Positions 43,706-52,518 of a stretch of 64,000 nucleotides of DNA are shown here, one piece after another. Source of the DNA: Rhizobiaceae bacterium (GTDB lineage: Bacteria > Pseudomonadota > Alphaproteobacteria > Rhizobiales > Rhizobiaceae); the NCBI GenBank assembly GCA_013214695.1, contig JABSRX010000001.1, forward strand, positions 1,610-65,609, in the 5' to 3' direction. Under the pieces are notes generated by a model, which saw only the letters and a program-made list of their open reading frames with translations, was not told the origin of the DNA and did no database searches. The first letter of the stretch is position 1, and every line of letters begins with the position of its first letter. The position numbers and the translations under genes are program-made.

Positions 43706-45317
43706 GTGCACCGCAGTAACGCTCGAAGTGATCAACCCGCAGGGCACCACGCTCACCGTCGAGGTGCTGGAGCCAAAGGCCGCGCAACTGGAGGTCGACC
43801 TGCAGGCGGGCCCGGCCATTGTCGACGTCTTTGTAGCTTCCCTTAACGAAGGCAGTGGCGGCACGGACACGGAGACCGTTCAAACCATCGCGGCGGGGTC
43901 GACGCTTGGCCTGCAACAGGAGCTGTTGGCGCTGCAAGGACAACCGGCTCTGACGATCCTGGCGGTCGGGGCGACCAATACCGGGCGTGTTCAAGGCGTC
44001 TCTCTCGGCGCCGGCAATGTCATCGAGGTCTATGCCTCGGGCACCGCCTTCACAGCGGGCAGCGTTCTGTACAGGGAATTCATGGAGCTGGGTGAACCGA
44101 TTTGCTTAACCGGTCTGTCAGACGGGGCGATCATCACGTCGACGCAGGGCTTTTACGGGATCAGCGAACAGGCCGACGAGTCTCAGAACGAATACGGCCC
44201 TATGCCCCTGTTCTCCTACGGCCTGTCCTTCGACTTTTCCTTCCTCTACGGCTTTCGCGACTTTGATCAGGACGATGGCTTGATCCATGTGATCAACGGG
44301 CCGTTGGACAATCGCATCACTCTCACCCTGGGCGACGGCACGGTGGTGCTCGAGCAACAGGAGATTCCGCTCGCCCCCTGGGAGAAAACCGTACTGAGCG
44401 GCAATGGTGCTCAGGAATACATCCTGCGCGGCACAAACCGCATGATGGCCGGGGTGCAGGCCGGGATGATTGACGGCAGTTTCAAGGACAATCGCCTGAT
44501 CATGCCGCTGACCCATGACGGCATCACCTGGCCGCGCAAAGGTTTCCTGTCAGCGCCGTTCGATGACACGCTGGTCGACTATTATGTGCGCGACGGGATC
44601 AGCGGGTCACTCAATGACGGCGCCGGTGTATCACCTGGATCACCAGTCGACATCGCGTTGGCGCCACCGATTGGCACCGGCGCCAACGACATTCGCTATC
44701 GGCCCAATGGCGCCACGCGGTTTCGCGCCAAGGGGTTGATTTCCGCCTTTTCCGGCGCCGACGGGTTCGGCTCCGAGGCGACCCCGTTGATGCCCGTCAC
44801 CGCCATGGCGCAGGTGACCGCGCAGCCCTTCATCATAAGCGATGCCAATAATGGCGGCTATTCCGGAATCGCCCTGGCGTCCTGCTGCGAATGCGAAGCC
44901 AAGGTCTATGAGTATGACGCGCAGGGCGAAGGACTGGTTCTCAAATATGACGTCGCCCTCACCCGCCAATCAGTGAGCCTCGACTCCCCGGAAAAACAGT
45001 ACCATCCGGCCGCTGCCGCCATTTCCAACGAAACGGCCCATGGCGCCATCGAACTGCAAGGCGCGTTAAAGCCCGGCGTCATTGTTTCCACCGCCCCCAT
45101 TATGGTGATCGCCCAAAACGGCGATCCGGATCTGCAACCAGAAATCCGCAGTCAAAACGGCACGACGACGGCGTCCATTAAAACCAGCGGTGACGAAACG
45201 CTGATGCTGGGATGGATACCCGATCAGCTGAGAGCGCAGGTCACAACCGATGCAAACGGGTTTCTGCGGCGGCGCCAATTGGATGGTGCCGGGCTGGAAA
45301 GCTGGCCGCTGGCATAA
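43698..45317 (+). CDS. Hypothetical protein, 539 aa, G/T/S/V-rich, no recognisable domain
   Basis: It is a long ORF with host-like codon bias. The ATG at 43698 overlaps the upstream gene. It has no signal peptide, TM segment, P-loop or catalytic box. Confidence 0.7.
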   Translation: MAECTAVTLEVINPQGTTLTVEVLEPKAAQLEVDLQAGPAIVDVFVASLNEGSGGTDTETVQTIAAGSTLGLQQELLALQGQPALTILAVGATNTGRVQGVSLGAGNVIEVYASGTAFTAGSVLYREFMELGEPICLTGLSDGAIITSTQGFYGISEQADESQNEYGPMPLFSYGLSFDFSFLYGFRDFDQDDGLIHVINGPLDNRITLTLGDGTVVLEQQEIPLAPWEKTVLSGNGAQEYILRGTNRMMAGVQAGMIDGSFKDNRLIMPLTHDGITWPRKGFLSAPFDDTLVDYYVRDGISGSLNDGAGVSPGSPVDIALAPPIGTGANDIRYRPNGATRFRAKGLISAFSGADGFGSEATPLMPVTAMAQVTAQPFIISDANNGGYSGIALASCCECEAKVYEYDAQGEGLVLKYDVALTRQSVSLDSPEKQYHPAAAAISNETAHGAIELQGALKPGVIVSTAPIMVIAQNGDPDLQPEIRSQNGTTTASIKTSGDETLMLGWIPDQLRAQVTTDANGFLRRRQLDGAGLESWPLA

Positions 45318-45350
45318 AAAAACAGGAACTGACGCGCAATTGTCAGTTCC
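45316..45350 (-). terminator. Rho-independent terminator for the minus-strand small ORF; the hairpin also closes the plus-strand operon
   Basis: A perfect 9-bp stem ggaactgac/gtcagttcc (45325-45333 and 45342-45350). On the minus strand it is followed by TGTTTTTTTAT. Confidence 0.7.
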
Positions 45351-45377
45351 CGCTGATTGTCTTGGAGGGTATCAGGT

Positions 45378-45509
45378 TTAGTGGAAGTGACCGTAGAGTT
45401 TCTTTTGGGTCTCGACTTCCTGAAATCTTGGGCCGTCCTTCTGATCGGCGGCGACGGCAATGGCGAGGCAGCACAAAGTTGCCGCGGTGGTGATGAAGAT
45501 CAAGGTCAT
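45378..45509 (-). CDS. Unannotated small hydrophobic protein, 43 aa (MTLIFITTAATLCCLAIAVAADQKDGPRFQEVETQKKLYGHFH)
   Basis: A GGGAG sequence lies 6 nt upstream of the ATG. It has an N-terminal TM or signal-like helix. A canonical terminator lies 28 nt after the stop. Confidence 0.5.
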   Translation of the reverse strand: MTLIFITTAATLCCLAIAVAADQKDGPRFQEVETQKKLYGHFH

Positions 45510-45779
45510 TTTCTGCTCCCTGGCTTGTGGTGTTGAGAATTTCTCTCTTCGCTATGTTGCTAAGATGGGGCTTTTTGCGCCAATTCACAGTGCGCTTTCG
45601 CACACAGAGAAATTTTTGTTTATTTTCAACATATTGGTACTGTATTTTTTGCCCACAACAGTGCAAAACTACCAGCTGCGCCGTCATTGATCGCTCACAA
45701 ACCCCCTTTATTGTAGATGGGTTCCTTAGTAGGTCGACGCCTAAACCCGGCGATTCGCCAGCCAACCCAGACGGATTCC

Positions 45780-46583
45780 ATGACCCATCCCAACAGCGAT
45801 ATTGATCGGCGGCTCAACTTTGCCAAAACCCTCGCCCATGAAGCAGGCCAGTTGGCACTGAGCTATTTTCGCTCGATCGGCGATCTGGAAGTCAAATCCA
45901 AGGGGGTTCAGGACATGGTGTCCGATGCCGATCTGAACGTTGAAACCTTCATCCGTGACAAAATCGCCGATGCGTTTGCCGAAGATGGCATTGTCGGTGA
46001 GGAACACGGTGTTGTGGAAAGCCAGTCAGGCTTCACCTGGGTGATTGATCCGATCGATGGCACGTTCAATTTCGTCAACGGCATTCCTGCCTGGTGCGTG
46101 ATCCTGGCCTGTGTTCAGGATGACAAAACCAAGATCGGGGTCATCTGCGAACCCAATCATGGGGAACTCTATTGGGCGGCCGAAGGGATGGGCGCGCATC
46201 TCAATGAAACACCGATCAAGGTCGCTCAGGCCAAAGGTCTGGATGAGGGCAATACCGGCCTTGGCATGAATTCAAGAACACCGGGACATTCTGTGACCCG
46301 ATTTGTCGAATTGCTGGCGGATCGGGGCGGCTTGTTCTATCGGAACGCGTCGGGTGGCCTGATGCTGGCCTATGTCGCCGCCGGGCGGTTGATCGGTTAT
46401 GCCGAGCACCACATGAACGCTTGGGACTGCCTGGCAGGTCAGATGTTGATCGCTGAAGCTGGCGGCAAGATCGAGCAGCAAAGCGCCAACGCCATGCTGC
46501 GCGATGGCGGTCGCGTCATTGCTGCCGGAGAAGCCATATTCGACGAATTGGTGGCCATGGCCGACGCGAGCTTTACCGCCTAA
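45780..46583 (+). CDS. Inositol monophosphatase-family phosphatase
   Basis: The motifs are VGEEHG, WVIDPIDGTFNF and WDCLAG. Confidence 0.9.
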   Translation: MTHPNSDIDRRLNFAKTLAHEAGQLALSYFRSIGDLEVKSKGVQDMVSDADLNVETFIRDKIADAFAEDGIVGEEHGVVESQSGFTWVIDPIDGTFNFVNGIPAWCVILACVQDDKTKIGVICEPNHGELYWAAEGMGAHLNETPIKVAQAKGLDEGNTGLGMNSRTPGHSVTRFVELLADRGGLFYRNASGGLMLAYVAAGRLIGYAEHHMNAWDCLAGQMLIAEAGGKIEQQSANAMLRDGGRVIAAGEAIFDELVAMADASFTA

Positions 46584-46589
46584 CGGCGC

Positions 46590-46624
46590 CGCTCGCCGCT
46601 CGTCGCTCGTCGCTCGTCGCTAGC
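46590..46624. repeat. Heptamer tandem repeat (CGCTCGC CGCTCGT x3 CGCTAGC), copy 2
   Basis: Read directly and preceded by GCGC. The terminal CGCTAGC unit contains the TAG stop of the PhyH-family gene. Confidence 0.8.
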
Positions 46625-47450
46625 CTGTGGCCTTATCGGTACCGGCGTAAAGGATCGGCTGTTTGGCAATGACGTCGTCGCGGCATAGCTTGAAGTCGGC
46701 CTCGTTGAGACGGCCGCGGGGCGAACCGGCGACCTTGAAATTCTGCCAGCGATCTTCACCGGCGACATGGGCCACCAGGGACTTGGTGTCGTCGAGCTGT
46801 TTCATCGATGCCTTGATATAACGAATGGCGCTGCCGATGCGACGGTCGCTGGTCGAATTGGGACCGGAAGCGTGGAACAGGTGTCCATGATGCAGGCTGG
46901 CCTGACCCGGCTTCAATTCCACCGCGACCGCATCGTCTTCGTCGACGTCGACAGTGATTTCCTGTCCGCGGGTGAGCAGGTTGTCATCGCTGAACGTGTC
47001 CACGTGCTCGACAATGCTCTGCTTGTGACTGCCGGCGACAAACTTCATCGCCCCACTGGCAACGCTGACATCGGACAGGGCGACCCAACAGGTGGTTTCC
47101 TCGGCGTCGTCCAGGCCCCAATAGGTCAGGTCCTGATGCCAGGAGACTATTTTTGTCGAATTCGCTTCCTTGATGAAAAGCGCGGCGCTCCAGACCATCA
47201 GGTCCGGGCCGAGCACCCGGGACGCCGCATCGATCAATGTCGGGTGACGGATCAGCGCGTCGAAGGAAGGCAGCAGCCGATCCGGATAGCCTTTCAGCAA
47301 GGCAAGACGTTCTGGATCGTCGGCCAGCTCTGCTTCCGCCGCTTCGAGATCGTCTCTGATCTGCTGGGCTTCCTGCGGTGTGAGGACGTCCAGTGGAAAC
47401 ACGAAACCGTCTTCTTCATAGCGTTGTTCGAGACTTCTTGCTTCGCTCAT
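46620..47450 (-). CDS. Phytanoyl-CoA dioxygenase (PhyH)-family Fe(II)/2OG oxygenase
   Basis: The PhyH-type pattern is EEDGFVFPLDVL, WHQDLTYW and HHGHLFHASGPN. A GGGAGGA SD lies inside the 3' end of the upstream kinase gene. Confidence 0.8.
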   Translation of the reverse strand: MSEARSLEQRYEEDGFVFPLDVLTPQEAQQIRDDLEAAEAELADDPERLALLKGYPDRLLPSFDALIRHPTLIDAASRVLGPDLMVWSAALFIKEANSTKIVSWHQDLTYWGLDDAEETTCWVALSDVSVASGAMKFVAGSHKQSIVEHVDTFSDDNLLTRGQEITVDVDEDDAVAVELKPGQASLHHGHLFHASGPNSTSDRRIGSAIRYIKASMKQLDDTKSLVAHVAGEDRWQNFKVAGSPRGRLNEADFKLCRDDVIAKQPILYAGTDKATG

Positions 47451-47451
47451 T

Positions 47452-48387
47452 TCATCCTCCCGAGTTCTGCAATAAAAGTTCAACTTCTTCGGCCGTTGGC
47501 ATTGACGCCGCCGCCCCGGCACGGGTCACGGACAGGCCCGCTGTGGCACACCCCAAGCGTACCGCTTCTTCAATGCCGAGGCCGCGCGATAGGCCAACGG
47601 CCAATCCACCATTGAATGCGTCGCCCGCCCCGGTCGTTTCGACCACCGGGCCGGCCGTGATCGCCGGCACGTGAATCGTCTGTTCCGGCGAAACCAGCAG
47701 CGCGCCTTGTTCACCCAAAGTGATGATCGCGGTACCGACGCCGTGGTCGAGCAATTGGCCGGCAGCCTGTTTGGCGGTGTCAACGGAAGACACTGGGATA
47801 CCCGTCAGCTCACCCGCCTCGGTTTCGTTGGGGGTGATGAAGTCGCACAGCTTCAGAACGTCCTGATCCAGCGCCATGGCGGGGGCCGGATTGAGAATGG
47901 TCTGCACCTCGGCCTGCTTGGCCACTTCCAGCCCACGTTTGGCGGCCGGGAGCGGCTGTTCCAGCTGGGTCATGAACACGGCTGAGGATCTGATCAGGTC
48001 GGCATTGGCATCTATATCGCCGGGCGCAATGTCAGAGGCGGCGCCGGGGCAGATGATGATCGCATTGTCACCGCTGGCCTCTTCGACAAAAATATACGCG
48101 GCGCCCGTGTAGGTTGAGGCGTCGCGGACGGCGGCGCTCTTGACGCCGGCCTTGCGCCAGGTGGCCTCGGCCATGTCGGCAAAAGCATCGTCGCCTAGAC
48201 GGGTCAGCATGGTGACATCCCCACCAAGGCGGGCGATGGCAACCGACTGATTGGAGCCTTTGCCACCGGGTCCAAGGGCAAAGGAGTTGCCCAAAATGGT
48301 CTCGCCCATGCGGGGAGACCGGTCAGCTCGATAGGTAGTGTCGGCGACAAATACCCCCAATACGGTGATGTGCCCCTGTTGCGTCAT
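47452..48387 (-). CDS. PfkB-family carbohydrate kinase (ribokinase-like)
   Basis: The motifs are GPGGKGSNQSVAIARLG and the ATP site TTGAGDAFNGGLA. Confidence 0.85.
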   Translation of the reverse strand: MTQQGHITVLGVFVADTTYRADRSPRMGETILGNSFALGPGGKGSNQSVAIARLGGDVTMLTRLGDDAFADMAEATWRKAGVKSAAVRDASTYTGAAYIFVEEASGDNAIIICPGAASDIAPGDIDANADLIRSSAVFMTQLEQPLPAAKRGLEVAKQAEVQTILNPAPAMALDQDVLKLCDFITPNETEAGELTGIPVSSVDTAKQAAGQLLDHGVGTAIITLGEQGALLVSPEQTIHVPAITAGPVVETTGAGDAFNGGLAVGLSRGLGIEEAVRLGCATAGLSVTRAGAAASMPTAEEVELLLQNSGG

Positions 48388-48486
48388 GCGGCTGCTCACT
48401 TGGCCATTTTGTCTGATCACAGACCTTCAGATCGCAAAGCCTAAAGGTGGATTTTCGTCCTGTCCATTTGCAAATGACGTCGATGC

Positions 48487-49707
48487 CTAGCGCTGGCCGA
48501 GACGCACTGGCAGCGACGTATAGCCGCGAAAGCGGGCCAGCGGCATGCGCACCGCCACGCCGGCCGGCTCCATGTTCGGAAAGCGCTGAAGCAGGCGGCC
48601 AAAGGCGATTTTACCTTCATAGCGCGCCAGGGTCGCGCCGAGGCAAACATGAATGCCGGTGATGAAGGCGATGTGCCGGTTTGGCTTGCGGGTGAAGTCA
48701 ACTTTGTCGGCGTTGCCGAAGATGCGCTCATCGCGGTTGGCGCTAGCGATCGACGTATGAATATAGGTTCCCTTGGGAACCAGCCCACCGCTGAATTCCA
48801 CATCACGGGACGCCACGCGATTGCCGATTTGCAGCGGGCTTTCATAACGCAAAATCTCTTCGACGGCGCTGCTGACCAGGTCTGGCTGTTCGATCAGCAG
48901 TCTGTATTGGTCGGGATGGTCGAGAAACATGCCGACCCCATTGGCCATCAGGCTGGTAGTGGTTTCATGGCCAGCGTTGAGCAGAAAGATGCAGTTTTGG
49001 ATCAACTCTTTCTGGCTCAGCCTGCGCCCCTCGAATTCGCCGAATATCAGGGCCTCCAGCACCTCTCCCTGCCCGGCGCCTTCCGGGTTTTTGCGGCGAT
49101 GATCAATCAACTCACCAAGCATGGCGCCGAACTCGTCGACGGCGTGATTGCCCTTCTGCATGCCCGCCTGCGAAACCACCGGGTCCAGCGCCCCCAAAAT
49201 GGCCAGCGAATAACCGCGCAGTTTGGACCGATGCTCTTTCGGCACGCCGAGCATGAAGGAAATCACCTCGGTTGGCAGCCGCATGGCAAAGGCGGAGACG
49301 AATTCGACTTCATCGTGGTCCAACAGATCATCCAGCAGATCATCGACGATCTGACCGATCAGCGGTTCCATTTCGGCCAGTTTGCGTGGCGTAAACGCGC
49401 TGGCCAGCAATTTGCGCACTGTTGTGTGGTAAGGCGGATCATTGAACACCAGGCTGGTCGTGTGATGGGTATAGAGCGATCCATCGCCGAACTTCTCGGC
49501 AAAGGGTTCGGTCTTGTCGGAGATCATGGTCCGGTCTTGATAGACCTGCTGCACGTCTTCATAGCGGGTCAGATAGACCGACCCGTCCGGGTTCCAATGA
49601 ACCGGGTCGTGCTCGCGCAACCGTTTGAGCGTCGGATGCGGGTTCTGGATAAAGGCGGGGTCATCGGCGTTGAGATCAAAGTCCAAGGCGGCCTGTCGTT
49701 CGCTCAT
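48487..49707 (-). CDS. Cytochrome P450
   Basis: The heme-binding loop is FITGIHVCLG, the I-helix is LLNAGHETT, and an EILRYESP (ExxR) motif is present. Confidence 0.9.
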   Translation of the reverse strand: MSERQAALDFDLNADDPAFIQNPHPTLKRLREHDPVHWNPDGSVYLTRYEDVQQVYQDRTMISDKTEPFAEKFGDGSLYTHHTTSLVFNDPPYHTTVRKLLASAFTPRKLAEMEPLIGQIVDDLLDDLLDHDEVEFVSAFAMRLPTEVISFMLGVPKEHRSKLRGYSLAILGALDPVVSQAGMQKGNHAVDEFGAMLGELIDHRRKNPEGAGQGEVLEALIFGEFEGRRLSQKELIQNCIFLLNAGHETTTSLMANGVGMFLDHPDQYRLLIEQPDLVSSAVEEILRYESPLQIGNRVASRDVEFSGGLVPKGTYIHTSIASANRDERIFGNADKVDFTRKPNRHIAFITGIHVCLGATLARYEGKIAFGRLLQRFPNMEPAGVAVRMPLARFRGYTSLPVRLGQR

Positions 49708-49833
49708 CTCAACCTGATCCTCCCCATTTGGCACAACCGCCAATAATATGCGCACATATGATAAGCATGCTTGTCGCTTGGGGAACCGAGCGATACGCTG
49801 CCCCCCTATTCGAACTGCATCAGGCTAAGCTCG

Positions 49834-50301
49834 ATGGTGGATATCAGCAAGATGCCCGGTCATTTGATCCGGCGTTTGAACCAGATTTCGGTCTCCGTTT
49901 TTGCCGATCATATGACGCGCGCCGGCCACGATTTCACGTCGGTGCAATTTGCTGCCCTGTCCACCATATCGGCCAATCCCGGCCTGGATCAGGCGACGCT
50001 TGCCGGCTTGATCGCCTATGACCGGGCCACCATGGGCGGCGTGGTCGACCGGCTGGAAGCCAAGCAGTTGCTGAGGCGTCAGGTCAGCGCAACCGATCGC
50101 CGCGCACGACAGCTCTTCCTGACCGAAAAAGGCGAGCAAACACTCGCAGCCCTGGTGCCGTTGGTGTCTGACCTTCAGCACGACATCCTGCAGGGATTGG
50201 ATGATCTTGAAAAACAGCAGCTGTTGGCGCTGCTGGAAAAAGCGACAGATGCCGGCAACCGGCTCAGCCGGGCGCCGCTGCAGGACAAAACGCCATCGTG
50301 A
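49834..50301 (+). CDS. MarR-family transcriptional regulator
   Basis: The wHTH is FAALSTISANPGLDQATLAGLIAYDRATMGGVVDRLEAKQLLRR. It is divergent from the P450 gene. Confidence 0.85.
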   Translation: MVDISKMPGHLIRRLNQISVSVFADHMTRAGHDFTSVQFAALSTISANPGLDQATLAGLIAYDRATMGGVVDRLEAKQLLRRQVSATDRRARQLFLTEKGEQTLAALVPLVSDLQHDILQGLDDLEKQQLLALLEKATDAGNRLSRAPLQDKTPS

Positions 50302-50343
50302 GCAGAACGATCAACCATTCACCGCCGAGGGGAGCACGCCCAA

Positions 50344-51120
50344 ATGACCAAAGCCGCACAAATCGCTGAAAAACTGAAAGCCGATTGGCTGGATCGAAAG
50401 CCCTACGAAACCCTTGGTGGCTCTTTGGCACCTGATGACCTCGCACAGGCCTATGAGGCACAGGCGGCGTTTCAGGCGGCGATGCTGGAGCGACGCGGCG
50501 CCATTGTCGGCCGGAAGATCGCCCTATCCAACAAGGCGCTGCAGGAAATGTGTGGCATTGACCAGCCGGTGGCCGGTGGCATTTTCGAGCATGAACTGCA
50601 TCAGGCGCCGACCCGCATTGCGACCGGTGATTTCATCCGTCTGGGTTTGGAATTTGAACTGGCGCTGGAATTGGCGAAGGACGTGCCGCCGCAACAGAAG
50701 GAACATACAGCCAGTTCCGTTCGCGAGCTCGTTGCCAATGTGCGTCCGGCATTCGAACTGATCGAGGACCGGGACGCCGACTACCGCTATCTGGATGTGA
50801 TGACACTGGTCAGCGACAATGCCTGGTGTGGCGGCGTGGTGCTTGGGTCCCCGATTGAAAACTGGCGCGAGCTGGATCTCGACGCGATCGAATCTACCGT
50901 TGTGCAGGCCGGTGTCGAAGATAAGGTGACCAATACCGGCACGGCTTCGCCGCTGACATTCCTCGCCTGGGTATTGAACCATTTCAGCGGGCGCGGCCTT
51001 TCTCTCAAGGCTGGTGAGCATATCATCACGGGCTCCGCGGCACGCACCCGGTTTCCGAAAAGCGGTGACAAGTTCGCCTATCATGTTGCCGGCGCCGTGG
51101 TGGAAATCGACGTCGACTGA
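50344..51120 (+). CDS. 2-keto-4-pentenoate hydratase/2-oxohepta-3-ene-1,7-dioate hydratase-like (FAH fold)
   Basis: Its length and pattern (GRKIALSNKALQEMCGIDQP, EFELALEL, GEHIITGS) resemble MhpD/HpcG-type hydratases. Confidence 0.7.
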   Translation: MTKAAQIAEKLKADWLDRKPYETLGGSLAPDDLAQAYEAQAAFQAAMLERRGAIVGRKIALSNKALQEMCGIDQPVAGGIFEHELHQAPTRIATGDFIRLGLEFELALELAKDVPPQQKEHTASSVRELVANVRPAFELIEDRDADYRYLDVMTLVSDNAWCGGVVLGSPIENWRELDLDAIESTVVQAGVEDKVTNTGTASPLTFLAWVLNHFSGRGLSLKAGEHIITGSAARTRFPKSGDKFAYHVAGAVVEIDVD

Positions 51121-51194
51121 ACGGCAATCATCATCTGGTCAAATCCTTTGGCCATGGATAGATTCGACCAGAGATTCGAAATGGAGCCCCTGCC

Positions 51195-52490
51195 GTGTTC
51201 GACGCCCTCAAACGCCTTTGCCGATCCGATTCCCGATTGAAACAGTTTTTGGTGGTCGGGCTTCTGGCGCCGGTCCTGTCCAGCGGGCCGTTGCTGAACA
51301 GCGCACTAGCCCAGAACAAGGCGAAGGTAGAGCGGCAGTTTCAATCCTGGCTGGCCAAAGAAATCTGGCCTCGGGCGCGGGCTGAGGGCGTCTCCAGACG
51401 CACATTCAACCGCGCCTTTTCTGGCGTCACGCTGAACTGGAAACTTCCCGGACTGGTGCCGCCGGGCTCGCCGCCACCCAAGAAGCGCAAACAACGTCAG
51501 TCGGAGTTCGGATCCCCGGGCAAATATTTCAATTCCGGCACCGTCAATCCAGCCACCCGCATTGGCCAGCAAATGGCCGGTCAATTGTCACAGACCCTGA
51601 CCAATATCGAGCGTCAAACCGGCGTGCCCGGCCGCATCGCCCTGGCCGTGTGGGGACGTGAAAGCGCCTATGGTCGAGCAAAGATCCCGCACAATGTGTT
51701 CCAGGTGCTGGGCACCAAGGGTTTTATGAGCACACGGGCGAAATATTTTTCGCGTGAACTGGTCGCTGCCCTGAAGATCGCCCAATTGGGCCATGCCCCG
51801 TCCAGCGCCATGAAAAGCAGTTGGGCCGGGGCCCTTGGCCAACCGCAATTCATGCCGACCAGCTTCCTCAACTATGCCGCCGATGGTGATGGCGATGGGC
51901 GGGCCGACATCTGGCGCTCGCAGGCCGATACGCTGGCCTCGATTGCCAATTATCTGGCCTTGCATGGCTGGGTTCCCGGGCGCGATTGGGGGTTTGAAGT
52001 CAACCTGCCGACTAGTGTGTCCTGCAGCCTGGAAGGGCCGGACCAGGGCCGCAGCATTGCCGACTGGGCGGCGATGGGCATCACCCGGGTGTCCGGGCGC
52101 CCGTTCCCAGCTCATGAGCGGCGAGGCGTTGGCTATTTGATGATGCCGGCGGGGCGCGATGGCCCGGCCTTTATCGTCACGCCGAATTTTTATGTGCTGA
52201 AGAAATACAATACCAGCGATCTCTATGCCCTGTTTGTCGGTCATATTGGCGATCGCATTCAATACAACGTCAAGGATTTTGCCGGTCGGTGGGGCGAAGT
52301 CGGTGGCTTGTACCGCTCCGACATTGCCGCCATGCAGCGCACGTTGATCAAACAGGGCCATGACGTGGGCGGTGCCGATGGTCTGCCAGGCTACAAAACC
52401 CGCCGCTCCATCGGCCGTTGGCAGGAAGCCAATGGGCGTCGCGCGACCTGTTTTCCCAAGGCGAGCATGAAGGCGGCGCTGATCCGCTGA
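51195..52490 (+). CDS. Lytic murein transglycosylase (MltB-like) with C-terminal peptidoglycan-binding domain
   Basis: The blocks are GRESAYG, GALGQPQFMPTSF, DGDGDGRADIW and C-terminal LIKQGHDVGGADGLPGYKTRRSI. Confidence 0.85.
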   Translation: MFDALKRLCRSDSRLKQFLVVGLLAPVLSSGPLLNSALAQNKAKVERQFQSWLAKEIWPRARAEGVSRRTFNRAFSGVTLNWKLPGLVPPGSPPPKKRKQRQSEFGSPGKYFNSGTVNPATRIGQQMAGQLSQTLTNIERQTGVPGRIALAVWGRESAYGRAKIPHNVFQVLGTKGFMSTRAKYFSRELVAALKIAQLGHAPSSAMKSSWAGALGQPQFMPTSFLNYAADGDGDGRADIWRSQADTLASIANYLALHGWVPGRDWGFEVNLPTSVSCSLEGPDQGRSIADWAAMGITRVSGRPFPAHERRGVGYLMMPAGRDGPAFIVTPNFYVLKKYNTSDLYALFVGHIGDRIQYNVKDFAGRWGEVGGLYRSDIAAMQRTLIKQGHDVGGADGLPGYKTRRSIGRWQEANGRRATCFPKASMKAALIR

Positions 52491-52518
52491 AGGTCAAAAA
52501 GGGCGCTCAACCTTCCAA

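Noticed and set aside
45343-45765. 140-aa minus-strand ORF spanning the spacer after the orphan operon.
   Set aside because: It runs through the terminator hairpin and low-GC DNA, and its translation is junk-like. The 43-aa ORF with an SD and a terminator (45378-45509) explains the region better.
41457-45779. Prophage or integrative element interpretation of the uncharacterised island.
   Set aside because: I could see no integrase, recombinase, tRNA or flanking direct repeats. There are no capsid, portal or terminase genes. The coding GC resembles the flanks. The block is at most a remote or relic structural module.
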